This document shows, in pieces, positions 11,165 to 22,790 of a DNA stretch of 64,000 bases. A program made the translations under genes and the position numbers. The notes beneath the pieces are model-generated. The model was not told the origin of the DNA, ran no database searches, and was given only the letters and a program-made list of their open reading frames with translations. Source of the DNA: Callorhinchus milii (lineage: Eukaryota); NCBI RefSeq assembly GCF_018977255.1, contig NW_024704743.1, positions 10,418,001 to 10,482,000 of the forward strand, in the 5' to 3' direction. Within the stretch, counting starts at the first letter, position 1. Each line of letters begins with the position of its first letter.

Positions 11165-14100
11165 ATGATTTGTTTAAATGCAAATTTTGCTTGACAAACC
11201 TAATAGAGTTTTTTTTTGATAAAGCTATCAATAAAATAGATGAAGGGAATGCTGTGGATGTGGTATGCATACATTTCAAAAAAGCTTTTGATAAGGTATA
11301 AGATTGTTTAAAAAAAAGGGTGCATGGTATTAATGTAAAGGTAGCAGCATGGATAAAAAATTATTAAAGGTTAGAAAACAGAAGGTGGGAGTCCAGGGTT
11401 GCTATTTACAATGAAGAGATGTAAATAGTGGAGTCCTCTAGGGGTCACTGTTAGGACCACCTCTTTTCTACATATAAATGATCTGGATTCTGGGATAAGG
11501 TGCACAATTACTAAGTTTGCAGATGCCATGAAAATACAACAACAACAAGATTCCATTTATAAAGCGCCTTTCATGTCAGGAGGACGTCCCAAGGCGCTGC
11601 ACAGTTGGGTCATGACCCGAGCAGGGGGGAAATGGTCAGGGTGAGGGGAGGGAGGAGGAGGGGGGAAATGGTCAGGGTGAGGGGAGGGAAGGGAGGGAGC
11701 GAGGAGGGGGAAGAGAGTCGAGAGGGGAGCTGAAGGCTCAGTCAAAGAGAAAGGTTTTGAGACCGGCCTTGAAGGAGGAAAGGGAGGAAGCAAGGCGAAG
11801 GCACTGGGGGATGGAGTTACAGAACCTGGGGGCTGAGAGGCTGAAGGCCCGACCACCGATGGTAGGGCGGTTGGGGCGGGGGACGTGGAGCAGACCGGAG
11901 CCAGAGGAACGGAGGGTACGGGCAGGTAGGTAGGGGGATAGTAGGTTGGAGAGGTAGGAGGGAGCAAGGCCGTGAATGGCCTTGTAGGTGAGGATGAGGA
12001 TCTTGAAATCAATCCTCTGGGGGATGGGGAGCCAGTGGAGGCGAGCGAGGGTGGGAGTGATGTGGTCCCGAAGCCTGGTGCGGGACAGTACACGAGCTGC
12101 AGAGTTCTGAATGACCTGCAGCTTGTGGAGGGAGGTGGCGGGAAGGCCGGCGAGGAGAGAGTTCCCATAGTCCAGCCTTGAGGTGACAAAGGCGTGGACC
12201 AGGGTTTCAGCAGCGTGAGGGGTGAGGTAATGCCGTAGTCTGGCGATGTTCCGGAGGTGATGGAAGGCGGTGCCAGTTGTGGTGCGGATGTGAGGGAGAA
12301 AGGACAGCTCAGGGTCGAACAAAACGCCGAGGTTCCTGACTGGCTTTGAGAGGTGGAGAGTGCAGCCTTGGATGCTGATGGTGTCAGCGCCTGAGGTGCG
12401 GAGGCGCTGACGTGAGCCAATCAGGAGGGCCTCGGTTTTTCGCACGTTGAGCTGAAGAAAGTTGTCTCTCGTCCAGGACTCGATGTCGGACAGGCAGCTG
12501 TCAGGACATCGGTGGTCGTGGAGTTGAGAGTAGAGGAGGAAAGGTAGAGTTGGGTGTCATCCGCATACATGTGGAAGTTAACCCATGTCTGCGGATGATG
12601 TCACCAAGGGGGAGCATATAGAGGGTGAAGAGGAGGGGACCAAGGACAGAGCCCTGAGGGACACCACATGAGACAGTGCGGGGGGTGGAGGAGAAGCCAT
12701 TCGTCGAGACAAAATGAAGACGGTGAGAAAGGTACGACCTAAACCATTCAAGGACAGTGCCTTGAAGGTTGAGGTGGGAGGACAAGCGGTGGAGTAGGAT
12801 AGCGTGGTCGACCGTATCGAATGCTGCCGATAGGTCGAGGAGGACGAGGAGACAGAGGGAGCCCTGGTCACAGATGGTCAGGATATCATTGGTGACCTTG
12901 ACCAGGGCAGTTTCTGTGCTATGGGCAGCACGGAAACCTGACTGAAGGGGTTCGAAAAGAGAATGGGTGGAGAGGAAAGAGCGCAGTTGGGAGGCGACAA
13001 CTCTTTCCAAGACCTTGGAGAGAAAGGGGAGGTTGGAGATGGGCCGGTAGCTTGATAGCTGCGACGCATCAAGGGAGGGTTTTTTCAGGGTGGGCGTGAT
13101 GATGGCAGTTTTTAATGGAATGGGGACAGAGCCAGAGGAGAGGGACAGGTTGATGATGTCAGTGATATGTGGGGCAAGAAAGTGGAGCTGGGAGATAAGG
13201 AGTGGAGTGGGGATGGGGTCAAGGGAGCAGGTGGTTGGTTTTAGGGATTGGATGAGTTCAGTGACAGAGGGTGGGGAAACGGGTACGAAGGTGTGTAGGG
13301 GAGGATGGGTAGGAGTCGGAGTGTGGGAGGGAAGGGGTGGGTGGTGGGTGGAAGTTGGAGGGGAAGTGACCGCGCAGCGGATTCCCTTGATCTTGGATTC
13401 AAGGAAATCCAGCATCTCCTCGCAGTGAAGGTTGGAGGAGATGACCTGCGCGGGGTGGCGGGGGGGACGGAGGAGTCGGGTTGTGGTGGAAAACAGTAGT
13501 TTTGCCATGATGCCATGAAAATAGGCAGTGGAACTAACATTGAAGAAGATTGTAAGCAACTTCAGGAGCCGAGTTCAATCGATTGGGCAGAGAAATAGCA
13601 GATGGTATTGAATGCAGACAAAACTGAGGGAAACTTTGGGAGAAAGAATAAGGACAAGAAGTATATGTTGGGTGGTAAAATATTAAAAGGAGTGCAACAG
13701 CAAAGGGACTTGGGGGTTAATGCTCATAATTCCTTAAAGGTGGGAAGGCAGGTGGACAAAACTGTAAAAAAAAGAATATTAGGTTTTATAAAGGTATAGA
13801 ATATAAAAGCAAAGTATAAATATATAAGTATAAATGCTATACTTATATAAATCGTTAATTTAGGTAGAATATTGTGTCCAGTGTTGGTCATCTCACTTCA
13901 GGAAAGACATCAAGGTGATAGTGAGGTTTCAGAAGAGATTTACTAGGATGATACCAGGATGAATGGTTTGGCCTAAGACCAGAGACCAGAGGAATTATGA
14001 CTTTTTCGGCTAGAACAAAAAAGTTTAAGGGGTGACCTGATAGAGGTCTTTAAAATTATGAGGGTCTTTGATAGAATGAATAGGGAAAAATTATTTCCAC

Positions 14101-14200
14101 TGGTTGGTGAGTCACTAATCAGAAGGCATCAAGTTAAGATAGTTAGTAAACAAGCAAATGGGAAGGTTAGGGGAATATATTTTTGCACAGAATAGTTAAC
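11165..14200 (+). mobile_element. CR1 RT/3' region, split by the young L2 insertion (11537-13508)
   Basis: CLTNLIEFF..DEGNAVDVVCIHFKKAFDKV..KFADAMKI on the left; QRDLGVNAHNSLKV..ILGFIK, EYCVQ and RGDLIEVFKIM on the right. Confidence 0.9.
11537..13508 (-). mobile_element. Young 5'-truncated L2 family A LINE with a 15-bp TSD
   Basis: ORFs 12501-13559 and 11738-12445 encode L2 RT ([38 protein letters not shown]). (CAA)n tail at 11537. TSD gatgccatgaaaata at 11522-11536 and 13509-13523. Two 1-bp deletions (about 12498 and 12582) relative to the 33 kb copy break the frame around MYADD. Confidence 0.97.
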
Positions 14201-14404
14201 TCACGGTTGTTTATGAGACATTGCTGTGATTTTATACATCCCTTCGACTTTGACCTTACATTCAAACCATCCAAACACATTCGCATTGTTGACAAAAATA
14301 TTGGTTCTGTCTGTTGATTACACACCTTTTTCAAGCAATTTTCCTTGTTTTTGGGCGAATCTTATAATCACCAAAGCCAAGGGATTAGTAAAACAAATTG
14401 CTGC

Positions 14405-14835
14405 AACAACAACAACAAATTACATTTGTATAGCACCTTTCACATCTTAAGGACGTCCCAAGGTGCTGGACAATCATGGACCTGCACCTGAGCTCGTGGT
14501 TGGGATCAGGAGTGGTGGAGGTCAGGGAGGGTAGCAGAGTAACCGAAGGAACGGTCGAAGAAGAAGATCTTGAGATGGATCTTGAAGAAGGCAAAGTATA
14601 GAGGTAGGTAGAGGGAATGTGAGATGGAATTCTAGATGGTGGGGGCAGAGAGGCTAAATACCCACCCGACAGTGGTGGGGCAGGCAAGATGGGAGATGTG
14701 AAACACCCCAGAGTCTGCTGAGTTGAGGACGCGGACAGGTTGGAAGGAGGTTAGGAAGTCACAGGGATAGGAGAAGAAAGACTGTAAATGTACATAAAGC
14801 ATTTTAATGCAAAGTGGGTGCTTGGAATTAACAGC
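14405..14835 (-). mobile_element. L2 family A 3' fragment
   Basis: (caa)n-aaattacatttgtatagcacctttcac..ggacgtcccaaggtgctg tail plus degenerate RT C-terminus. Confidence 0.85.
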
Positions 14836-14950
14836 CAATGAATGGAGAATCAAACCCTAAACTGTCAAGCAATGATGATATTGCAAGACACCAAGCTTGG
14901 AAAAACACAACCATTTACGTGCAACACAATTTTGCTTTAGTAGGATCGCA

Positions 14951-15352
14951 TGGAGAGAAATTCCATCTGACCCTATATTTACTCTACTTTATGTGTCATT
15001 TCAGATCATTCAGAATTCGGCAAATTGTTGAATTCAATCAGATAAAATTAGCCTCATGTTGTAGCTCTTTGTGGGACATTGCTGCTGCATTCCTCTACAA
15101 AACATACTTTGCAGTCAAATCCTGTGAAGCACTTTGAGACGCCCTCCCAACGTGAAAGGTGACTATGTCAGATGCATGGATTATTACTATTATTAAAATA
15201 TTAACTTTGAAGATTGTTATCTGTATTTTGTTAAAGTAAACTTAGAGGAAACGGCTTAAAAATAAGGCTGTATTTAAGAATTTGACAAATTCATAATGCT
15301 CTGAAATGCTACATAAATAGAATAAATGTAGACCAGATGGAATTTCTCTCCA
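14951..15352. mobile_element. Fold-back MITE (PIF/Harbinger-like) with about 85-bp TIRs; SINE fragment nested at about 15050-15193
   Basis: tggagagaaattccatctg.. at 14951 is the reverse complement of ..cagatggaatttctctcca ending at 15352; flanking gca/gca 3-bp duplication. Confidence 0.75.
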
Positions 15353-15884
15353 GCAGAGTCTCACTTGAAATCCTATCTGCGTAGTCTCAAACCATAATTC
15401 CTACCCTTGGTTTATAAATCAACCCAGCACCTGTCGAGTAGGTAGAAAATACCTTCCATTCTGTAACATGATTAACTGCTGCAGACGGGGCTAGTCTATT
15501 TCATCCTCCTACTAATCTGACAGCTGTGTCGACTGGGACCACCTCTCGAACACTTGGTTCATGCACACAAGCTGCCAGCAGGTTGTACACATTGTTCAGC
15601 ACTAATGAGCCATATAATTGCTGTCAATATAATCCTGCCCATTTTTGTTAACAGGCCAGAGGTAACCAGGCAATGCAGGGAGCAGCAGCACAATATTAAA
15701 ATGCTCATTGCTTTTTCTGAAACGCATGCATGTGGAGCTCAGAACTAACAGCAGGTTCCAGTCCTGCTTAGCATATCATTTCGAAGATCAGAAACGGTTC
15801 TTCTCTTAAGAATCCTAGGCTGGATGGACTAAGATAGATATTTTTATACACAGGCAGGGTGGAGGGTGGGGGATGCTTCATTCA

Positions 15885-16000
15885 ACTCCTGTTAACCTTG
15901 CAAGCCAAAGCTCCAACATATAGGGTTTGGCTCTTGCTAGAAAGCAGTGGAAAGCCTGGCAGACACTGCTCTGATTTGCAAGCTGTGCAATTGCTAAAAC
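15885..16000 (-). repeat. Unclassified interspersed repeat, copy 1
   Basis: Reverse complement aligns to 50275-50390 (ccctat.tgtt.gagctttggcttgca.ggttaacagg). Confidence 0.7.
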
Positions 16001-16009
16001 TGCTAAGGA

Positions 16010-16220
16010 CACTTGGAGAAAGTCTCTTCTCTTTTCAAATAGTGCTGTGGGTCATTAACATCCACATGAACAGGCAGATGGAACCTTGATTTAACATCTC
16101 ATCCAAAGGACGGCAACTCTAACAATGCAACACTCCCCCCAGCAACACATTGGAATGCCAGCTTAGACTATGTGAGTTCAAATCCTGAGGTGGGATTTGA
16201 ACCCACAACCTTCGACTGAC
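16010..16220 (-). mobile_element. Old tRNA-Deu SINE 5' half
   Basis: ttaacatccacatgaacaggcagatggaaccttgatttaacatctcatccaaaggacggc..tttgaacccacaaccttc. Confidence 0.8.
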
Positions 16221-16884
16221 ATGTGAGCCTTCACTTCCTACACCCCTATTCTCTGGAACTCCCTCCCTCTACTACTCCATCTCCCCCTCTCTTTTTGTCT
16301 TTAAGCGCCTTGACATCCTCCTAAGGCAAAAGGTGCTGTATAAATGCAATTTGCTGTTGTTGTTCTTAAGTCTGCCTCAAATCCTATCTGTTGGAATGAC
16401 CCTAGGGTCACCTAACCTTTCCCACCTCCCTTGCTCGGCATCCAATCCCATCACGTGCTCCAAGAATTACTCTAAGAGAACGGCGCTACATAAATATAAG
16501 TTATTGATTTTAAGGTACAATTATGACTTCATGTGATTTGTAGTGTTAACAAGGGACAATATAATATCCCTTCATGCCCTCGCATCTCTCTACCTACCGA
16601 TTTGCTTAACCCCCACTCCACCACCCCCTGCCTCCGCTCGGGTGGGTCCTGCTTCCTGTTCATTAAAAATAATCCTTTGAAATAATAACACACCACCTTT
16701 GAAATGTCTCAAAGCACTTCCACAGGATTGTAATGTAAAATGGAGAACGAGATCAAGACACCAGGAAAAACACCATCTTTTTTTCGAATAGTGCCATGGA
16801 ATCTTTAACCTCCATCTGAACAGGTAAATGGGATCTTGGTTCAACATCTCATTTGTTAAGGGTGTACAGAGAAAGGAGTTTCTC

Positions 16885-17192
16885 CCAGCATCCCGGTTTC
16901 TCTCAGTGTCCTGGTCTCCTCCTCATCCCCCGCGTCCTCCACTTCACCCTTGGCGGCCGTGCCTTCAGCCACTATGCCCCGAGGCTCTGGAACTCCCTTC
17001 CTCACTCCCTTCGTCTCGCTCCCTCTTTTCCTATTTTCAGGTCTCTGCTAAAGACCTTTCTTTTCGACCGCGTCTTCGGTCACCTTCCTCCCCCTCCCCC
17101 TGGCTCGGCTCCGGGATCCGTTGCTATGAAGTGCTCTGAGACGCCATCCAGCGTGGAGGGCGCTATATAAATCCAAGTTGTTGTTGTTGTTG
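16885..17192 (+). mobile_element. L2 family B 3' fragment within SINE remnants
   Basis: [26 protein letters not shown]; tail ..gagggcgctatataaatccaag(ttg)n. Confidence 0.88.
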
Positions 17193-17427
17193 GTCAACGA
17201 TTCTTCAGATATAATTGGTTATTCTGCTGTTTGGGGATCGTTGCTGTGAGCAAATTGGCTGCTGCATTCATCTACAAAATACACATTATAGTAAATCCTA
17301 TGAAGTGCTTTGAGACATCATTCTGCCCTTGAAAGTTGATGTATAAAATACAAAGATAATTAGAAATAGAACCGTGCACAAAAGCAAACATGCTTGGAGA
17401 GGCCTTTTCAGCTAACTCTTGTTACAC

Positions 17428-17444
17428 AGTGCCACCTAGAGTTT
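17428..17444 (-). promoter_or_regulatory. CTCF-like motif
   Basis: Minus strand aaactctaggtggcact fits CCnCnAGRKGGCR except for the first position; motif match only. Confidence 0.35.
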
Positions 17445-17486
17445 GTTGGGTCCGTTCACAGAAAGAGACCAAGGATTACACAAGGG

Positions 17487-17524
17487 GACATTTAACCACT
17501 GTAATTTTACAGTGGTTAAATGTC
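17487..17524. repeat. Perfect 38-bp palindrome (18-bp arms, 2-nt spacer)
   Basis: gacatttaaccactgtaa-tt-ttacagtggttaaatgtc. Confidence 0.95.
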
Positions 17525-17644
17525 AATTTAATTTAATTTGTCAAAACCTGATGCTTATAGTGTAAAACACTTGCTTCATACCCTCATGCCGTTGTGAGTT
17601 GTGAGCTGTTGAATGCCCACCAGGGGAGGGAAAAACATAGTAAA

Positions 17645-18192
17645 TGTGTCTTCTTCTACCTCCGCCACATTGCCTGCCTCCGACCATACCTTACCCCAAA
17701 TAATAATAATAATAATAATCCTTGCATTTGATATAGTGCTTTTCACGTCAGGAGGACGTCCCAAAGCGCTTCACAGAACACACTGTAAAGTGAATTGACT
17801 GTATATTTGTGGGCGAACGCGGCAGCCAATTGCGCACAACAATGTCCCACAAACAGTCGTAGATTGAAAATGACCAATTTAATTATTGTTTTTGGTTTTT
17901 TGGAGGGATTATTATTAGGCTCTGTGTGGAGTAAGGAAACTTGCCCAAGGTTTCGCCCTCTGCCTGGAATTGAACTCAGGTCTCTCACTTGCAAAGCGAG
18001 TGCTCTAACCACTGAGCTACAGGACTCCACATGCAGCCGAAATCCTTGTGCATGCGTTTGTCACCTCCTGCCTGGATTATGCAAATGCACTCCTCGCTGG
18101 TCTCCCCAGCTCCTCAGGCTCCGCCACTGTTAAACGCTCTGAGATACTACCCTGCATGGAGGGCACTATATAAGTGCAAGTTGTTGTTGTTG
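17645..18192 (+). mobile_element. Internally deleted L2 family B fragment, interrupted by a young SINE
   Basis: cgccacattgcctgcctccgaccataccttaccccaaat | gcagccgaaatccttgtgcatgcgtttgtcacctcc..; B-type tail at 18135-18192. Confidence 0.85.
17700..18030 (-). mobile_element. Young full-length tRNA(Ala-like)-headed SINE with Deu/L2 tail
   Basis: 5' gtggagtcctgtagctcagtggttagagc (A box), ctcgc-tttgcaa-gtgag anticodon arm, gttcaattcc (B box), tail ..atcaaatgcaagg(att)n; near-identical copies at 29218, 36762 and 55025. Confidence 0.95.
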
Positions 18193-18489
18193 AAATGTAT
18201 CTTCAAAAAAATAATTTCTAACCAAAATAATGCTTTGGTTTACAGTAAGTTCATGGGTAATAGTGTGCTCAGAATTCGCCTACAGAATTTGCTCCATGAT
18301 GTCACCACTGACTTGTTTTGCAATCCTTCCCATCACCTTTATGTCTACACTTCAAAATATTTCTTTGTATCAATAAATTTGACTTTCAAATTGCAATAGT
18401 AAGGTTTAAGCAGCTTAAAGGGCTTGTGATTATTTTTTAATAGCGCATCTGAGCACAAACAGGACTGACTGTGCCTTTCTATGCTTGTG

Positions 18490-18742
18490 TTCATCACCTG
18501 GTTGTTCGTTAATTGTCGGATTGCTTTATCGGGATAATAATCCTTTAAAAATAATAAGAATAATAATTTGGTCACAAATCCACAACTGTTTGTGGGACAC
18601 TGTTGTGCGCAATTGGCTGCAACGTTTCACCCACAAAATACAGTCAATTCACTTTACAGTATATTCTGTGAAGCGCTTTGAGACATCGCAAAGACGTGAT
18701 AAGGCGCTATATCAAATGCAAGGATTATTATTATTATTATCA
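18490..18742 (+). mobile_element. Intermediate-age SINE, 5'-truncated
   Basis: gggataataatccttt..ccacaactgtttgtgggacac..gataaggcgctatatcaaatgcaagg(att)n. Confidence 0.88.
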
Positions 18743-18744
18743 TG

Positions 18745-18938
18745 AGTGTAGAGGGAGGGTGACATATCGACTGAGATCGATAGATTTTTTTGTGGATAAA
18801 GGGATTAAGTGATATGGGGATAAGGCGGGTAGGTGGAATTAGAATAGATCAGCCATGATCTTATTGAATGGCGGGGCAGGCTCAAGGGGCCGAATGGTCT
18901 ACTCCTGCTCCTAATTCGTATGTTCTTATGTTCTTATG
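18745..18938 (+). mobile_element. CR1 3' UTR with (ATGTTCTT)n-type tail
   Basis: gatcagccatgatcttattgaatggcggggcaggctcaaggggccgaatggtctactcctgctcctaattcgtatgttcttatgttcttatg. Confidence 0.88.
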
Positions 18939-19494
18939 ACCTAATTTGTTGGATTTGTAAAAAGATTTGTAAAGAGTCACAAGTTGCAGTGGAATGTTGA
19001 TCCTTATTTCCCATTTCAGTGAAGTCAGAGTGCAGTCAATGGAGATACCCAAGACTAGGTGGAAGAAATGTTCTCCTCCACCAACCGCCACATCCAAAAG
19101 GACAGAAGATGCCAAATTCGAACTTCACTGATCTGATACAAGGGGGAGCTACACTTTACATTGTTGCTTTCTCTGTGTTAGGGAAAAGAAAATTAACCAC
19201 AGCTCAGAAAGCCCTCTTAGCATGTAAATGATGTACGTGTTACCAGGTTGCACATCACTTGTTCCAGTTATTCCTTCACATGACAACACTGAAACACTTG
19301 AAACATAATATAGTATTGTTAGTGATAGTAAAAAAAAGGCTTTTAAAACCTGCACACCGGCTTGTTCAAAGTGCACTGAGATGGTATGTTACCTCGCATG
19401 AAGGGTGCTATATAAATGCAAGTTCTGGTTGTTGTTGCTCATTGTATCTGTCAATCAGGAAACCTATAATAGTTTTTCTTCGATTCCTGGGTGG

Positions 19495-19675
19495 GGCAAA
19501 ACCTTAGGCAAGTTTTCTTTCTCCACATACCTCTGTTCACCTGGAAGTAAATAGGAATACGGTTGTTAAACAATTGGCAGATGACATTCCGGGGGTAATA
19601 ATCACCCCCCAAAAAAAATTCTAATTTAGTCACTCAATCCACAACTGTTTGTGGAACACTAATGAGCACAATTTT
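19495..19675 (+). mobile_element. Intermediate SINE middle fragment (long form)
   Basis: ggcaaaaccttaggcaagttttc..cctctgttcacct..ggggtaataatc..tcaatccacaactgtttgtgg. Confidence 0.75.
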
Positions 19676-19964
19676 GGATGCTTCTATAAGAACTGCCCAG
19701 AGATTTTCTTTTGTAGTGAGAACATTTTCAGTTTCCAAGCCTTTCCTCTCAACTCATTCCAGGAGTGAATCTACTTGTCCTTCAACATATACAGGGGAAA
19801 CCCCATTGTAATTCAATTGTTTGGATGCAGAAAATTTCAACTGCTTTAAAAATGATAACCAAACAAAGAACAAGAGGACATAGGTTGTAAAGAGCAATTT
19901 CAGGACATAACCCAGGATTTTTTTCTTTATGTAGAAGGTAATTCCTCAGGGGATTCCCTGAGGA

Positions 19965-20997
19965 ATGCCACTTTGTGAGGCGTCACTCATGGCTCTGTCC
20001 TTGGTCGCCACCTGTTTAATGTCTATATGCTTTCGCTTGGTGACATAATCCTTAAACCCGGGGTGAACTTCCACATGTATGCGGATGACACCCACTCTAC
20101 CTCTCTGCCTCCACCCTTGACTCCAGGACCACTGCTGGATGAGAGCTAACTTTCTTCAGTTGAACATCAACAAGACCGAGGCTCTCCTGATTGGCTCCTG
20201 TCAGCCCCTCCACACCTCAGGCGCTGACAGGATCACCATCCATGGTCGCACACTCCACCTTACTAAGCCAGTCTGGAACTTTGACGTCTTGTTTGACCCT
20301 CAACTATCCTTTCTATCCCACATCCATGCCATAACCCGCTCTGCCTTGCCCCACCTCCACAACATCGCCCGATTCCGCCACTGCCACAAACACTGTGTCC
20401 GCCTGGCTCATACATGCATTCATTACATCGAAACTTGACTATGAAAACTCCCTGCTTGTTGGCCTGCCCAACTACTCCCTCCATAGCCTGTAGATCATCC
20501 AGAACTATACAGCCCATGTCCTCTTTTGCATCAGGCTCCGTGACCCTATCACCCCCATCTTAGCCCGACTCCACTGGCTTTCCATCACAAGAGGATACAA
20601 TTCAAGATCCTGGTCCTCACCCCTAAAGCCTTTCATGGTCTTGCTCCATCCTACCTCTGCAACCTCCTAAGCCCCTACCATCCTGCCCGCTCCCTCTGCT
20701 CAGTGGGCTCCGGCCTGCTTCACATCCCCCACCTCGCTCGCGCCACCAGCAGGCCTTCTGCCACTCTGCCCCCACCCTCTGGAACTCCATTCCACAGTCC
20801 CTCCACCTCGTCCCCTCCCTTGCCTCCTTCAAGACCTTCCTCTTCGACCGTGCTTTCGATCACCCTGCTTTCTCCCCTGCCCTCCACCCTTCCCAATCCC
20901 GACCCCCAGCTCGGATCCAAAACTAATTGTTCAGCACCTTGGACTTCCTCCCGACGTGAATGGTGCTATGCAAATGTCATTTTGTTGTCGTTGTTGA
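19965..20997 (+). mobile_element. L2 family A, degenerate 3' 1 kb
   Basis: [11 protein letters not shown] (ttccacatgtatgcggatgacacc), [17 protein letters not shown]; tail gacttcctcccgacgtgaatggtgctatgcaaatg..(ttg)n. Confidence 0.92.
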
Positions 20998-21789
20998 ACC
21001 ACAACCTTGTGATCCAGAGCCAAGTGTGCCCCCGACTGAGCCAAGCAGACAGAAAACTAAAAATTAAATTGTGATAAAATACAAAACATTCTGCAGCTGG
21101 CTTAACAGGACAAGAAGACTTGCTCGTTTCCAACTGCCATAAGAATGAAATGCCATATCTTTGAATGCATCTGAACATCTATTCATTTACCTGCTTGCAA
21201 TACATTAATGCAATTTTATAGCTATTAAGATCATTTGTGACAGCAGTTGTTAATATATCAAACCCTCTTCTTTAATTAATCAGGAAAAATAGACCTGATC
21301 AATCTCTGTTAATGAGATTGAAGCCACAGAGATGTGACTTACTGTCAACTGCAGTCCATTCTGACGTCCTTCAAACTTTAAATTTCCTGGAAAATACATT
21401 CATTTTGTGAGTAAAGCTCAGCGTATCAGGCTCTCTAGGCATATTTATTGTTAACATAAAACAGTAATGACGGGTGCTCTTTCAGCTCTGTCCAACATTA
21501 CTGGAATTGTTGACTCATAGGACATTAGTAGACACGAGAGTTTGTTTAATGCAATACAAGAAACTACTTAAACTGATTTTATGCAATAATATTTTCCAAT
21601 GGAATCTAAGTCAATATTTTGTCATATTTTGTCTCTGACAATATTTCTAGCTACAAAACCTGTTTTCTTTCCCATTGCCATGCACTCATCTAAACCTCCT
21701 GTAAAGAGAATAAATTACAATTGGAATGAAATCCCTGCCCTCCATATGGGTTTGCTTTTACCCAAAGCACCAGTTTGGCTCAATTTATA

Positions 21790-22230
21790 ATAATAATAAC
21801 AATCCTTGCATATGTATAGTGCCTTTCATGTTAGGCGGACGACCCATAGTGCTTCACAGGATTTGTTGTCAAGTGGAGTGATTGTTTATTTACAGGCGCA
21901 CACCGCAACCCAATTACACACAGAAATATCCCACAAACAACAATAACAAATTGCATTTATACAGCAGTGTGTTGGGAGGACGTCCAAAAGTGCTCCAAAA
22001 GGATGCTACCTTGCGTGAATGGCGCTATGTCAATGCACATCGTTGCTGATGTCCCAAGAGGCTGAACAGTCATGAAATGAATGACAAATTTTATCTGGGG
22101 AATTGTTGGCCAGGTCAGCAGGGGAAACTCTCTTGTTTGGAATAGTGCCATGGGATCCTTAATGTTTGCCTGAACAGGCAGGTGTTCCAGCCCAGCACTG
22201 CATTGGAGTGTCAGATCAGATTTGTAGCCT
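21790..22230 (-). mobile_element. Old SINE interrupted by two back-to-back L2 tails (21937-22050)
   Basis: SINE tail at 21790; Deu core aatagtgccatgggatcc at 22141. Confidence 0.7.
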
Positions 22231-22399
22231 TCTTTTGTTCAGGTCAGAGGGTTGTTGGTACCTTAAACTCACCAGTATTAAGAGGCATTTCATTGGAGTA
22301 TTAGGATTGCACTGCATTGTTAGATGTCCTAACCTTTGGATGAGAAGTTTACTCTAGCTCCTGTCTCCCTGTGCAGGTGTATGTTAACAATTCCCCCAG

Positions 22400-22790
22400 T
22401 GGAACGAGTTCAAGATCCTCGATCTCACTTTTAAATCTCTCCATGGTCCTACCACACCCTACCTCTGTGACCTCCTCAAAAAATATTGACTTGTCCGCTC
22501 CCTTTGCTCAGTGAGCACAGGCCTGCTTCATGCGTCCCACCCTATCCTTCCTACCCACCTCACCTATGGTGGGTGGGCTTTCAGCCTTTCTGCCTCCACT
22601 CATCCCAGTGTCCCTCCCTCACCTAGTTCACAGTCCACCTGAAGACCTACCTCTTTAGCCACGCTTTTCATCATTTTTCTGCTCCCCAACACCCTTGGGT
22701 CCCACTTCCAACTCGGATGCCAAGCCAGAAATGTTAAGTGCTATGCGGCATCTTTCCATTGTTAAAAGCGCTTTATGAATGTAAATTTGG
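22400..22790 (+). mobile_element. Old L2 3' fragment inside an old SINE
   Basis: gagttcaagatcctc..tttaaatctctccatggtc..ctgaagacctacctcttt..aaaagcgctttatgaatgta. Confidence 0.75.

Noticed and set aside
17743..18030. Recurrent ORF MESCSSVVRALALQVRDL.. (also at 29124, 36805 and 54993) suggesting a gene family
   Set aside because: Translations of the SINE consensus; no coding evidence
17955..18030. tRNA-Ala(TGC) gene
   Set aside because: D, anticodon and T arms are present, but there is no acceptor stem and the sequence continues into the SINE body; it is a SINE head
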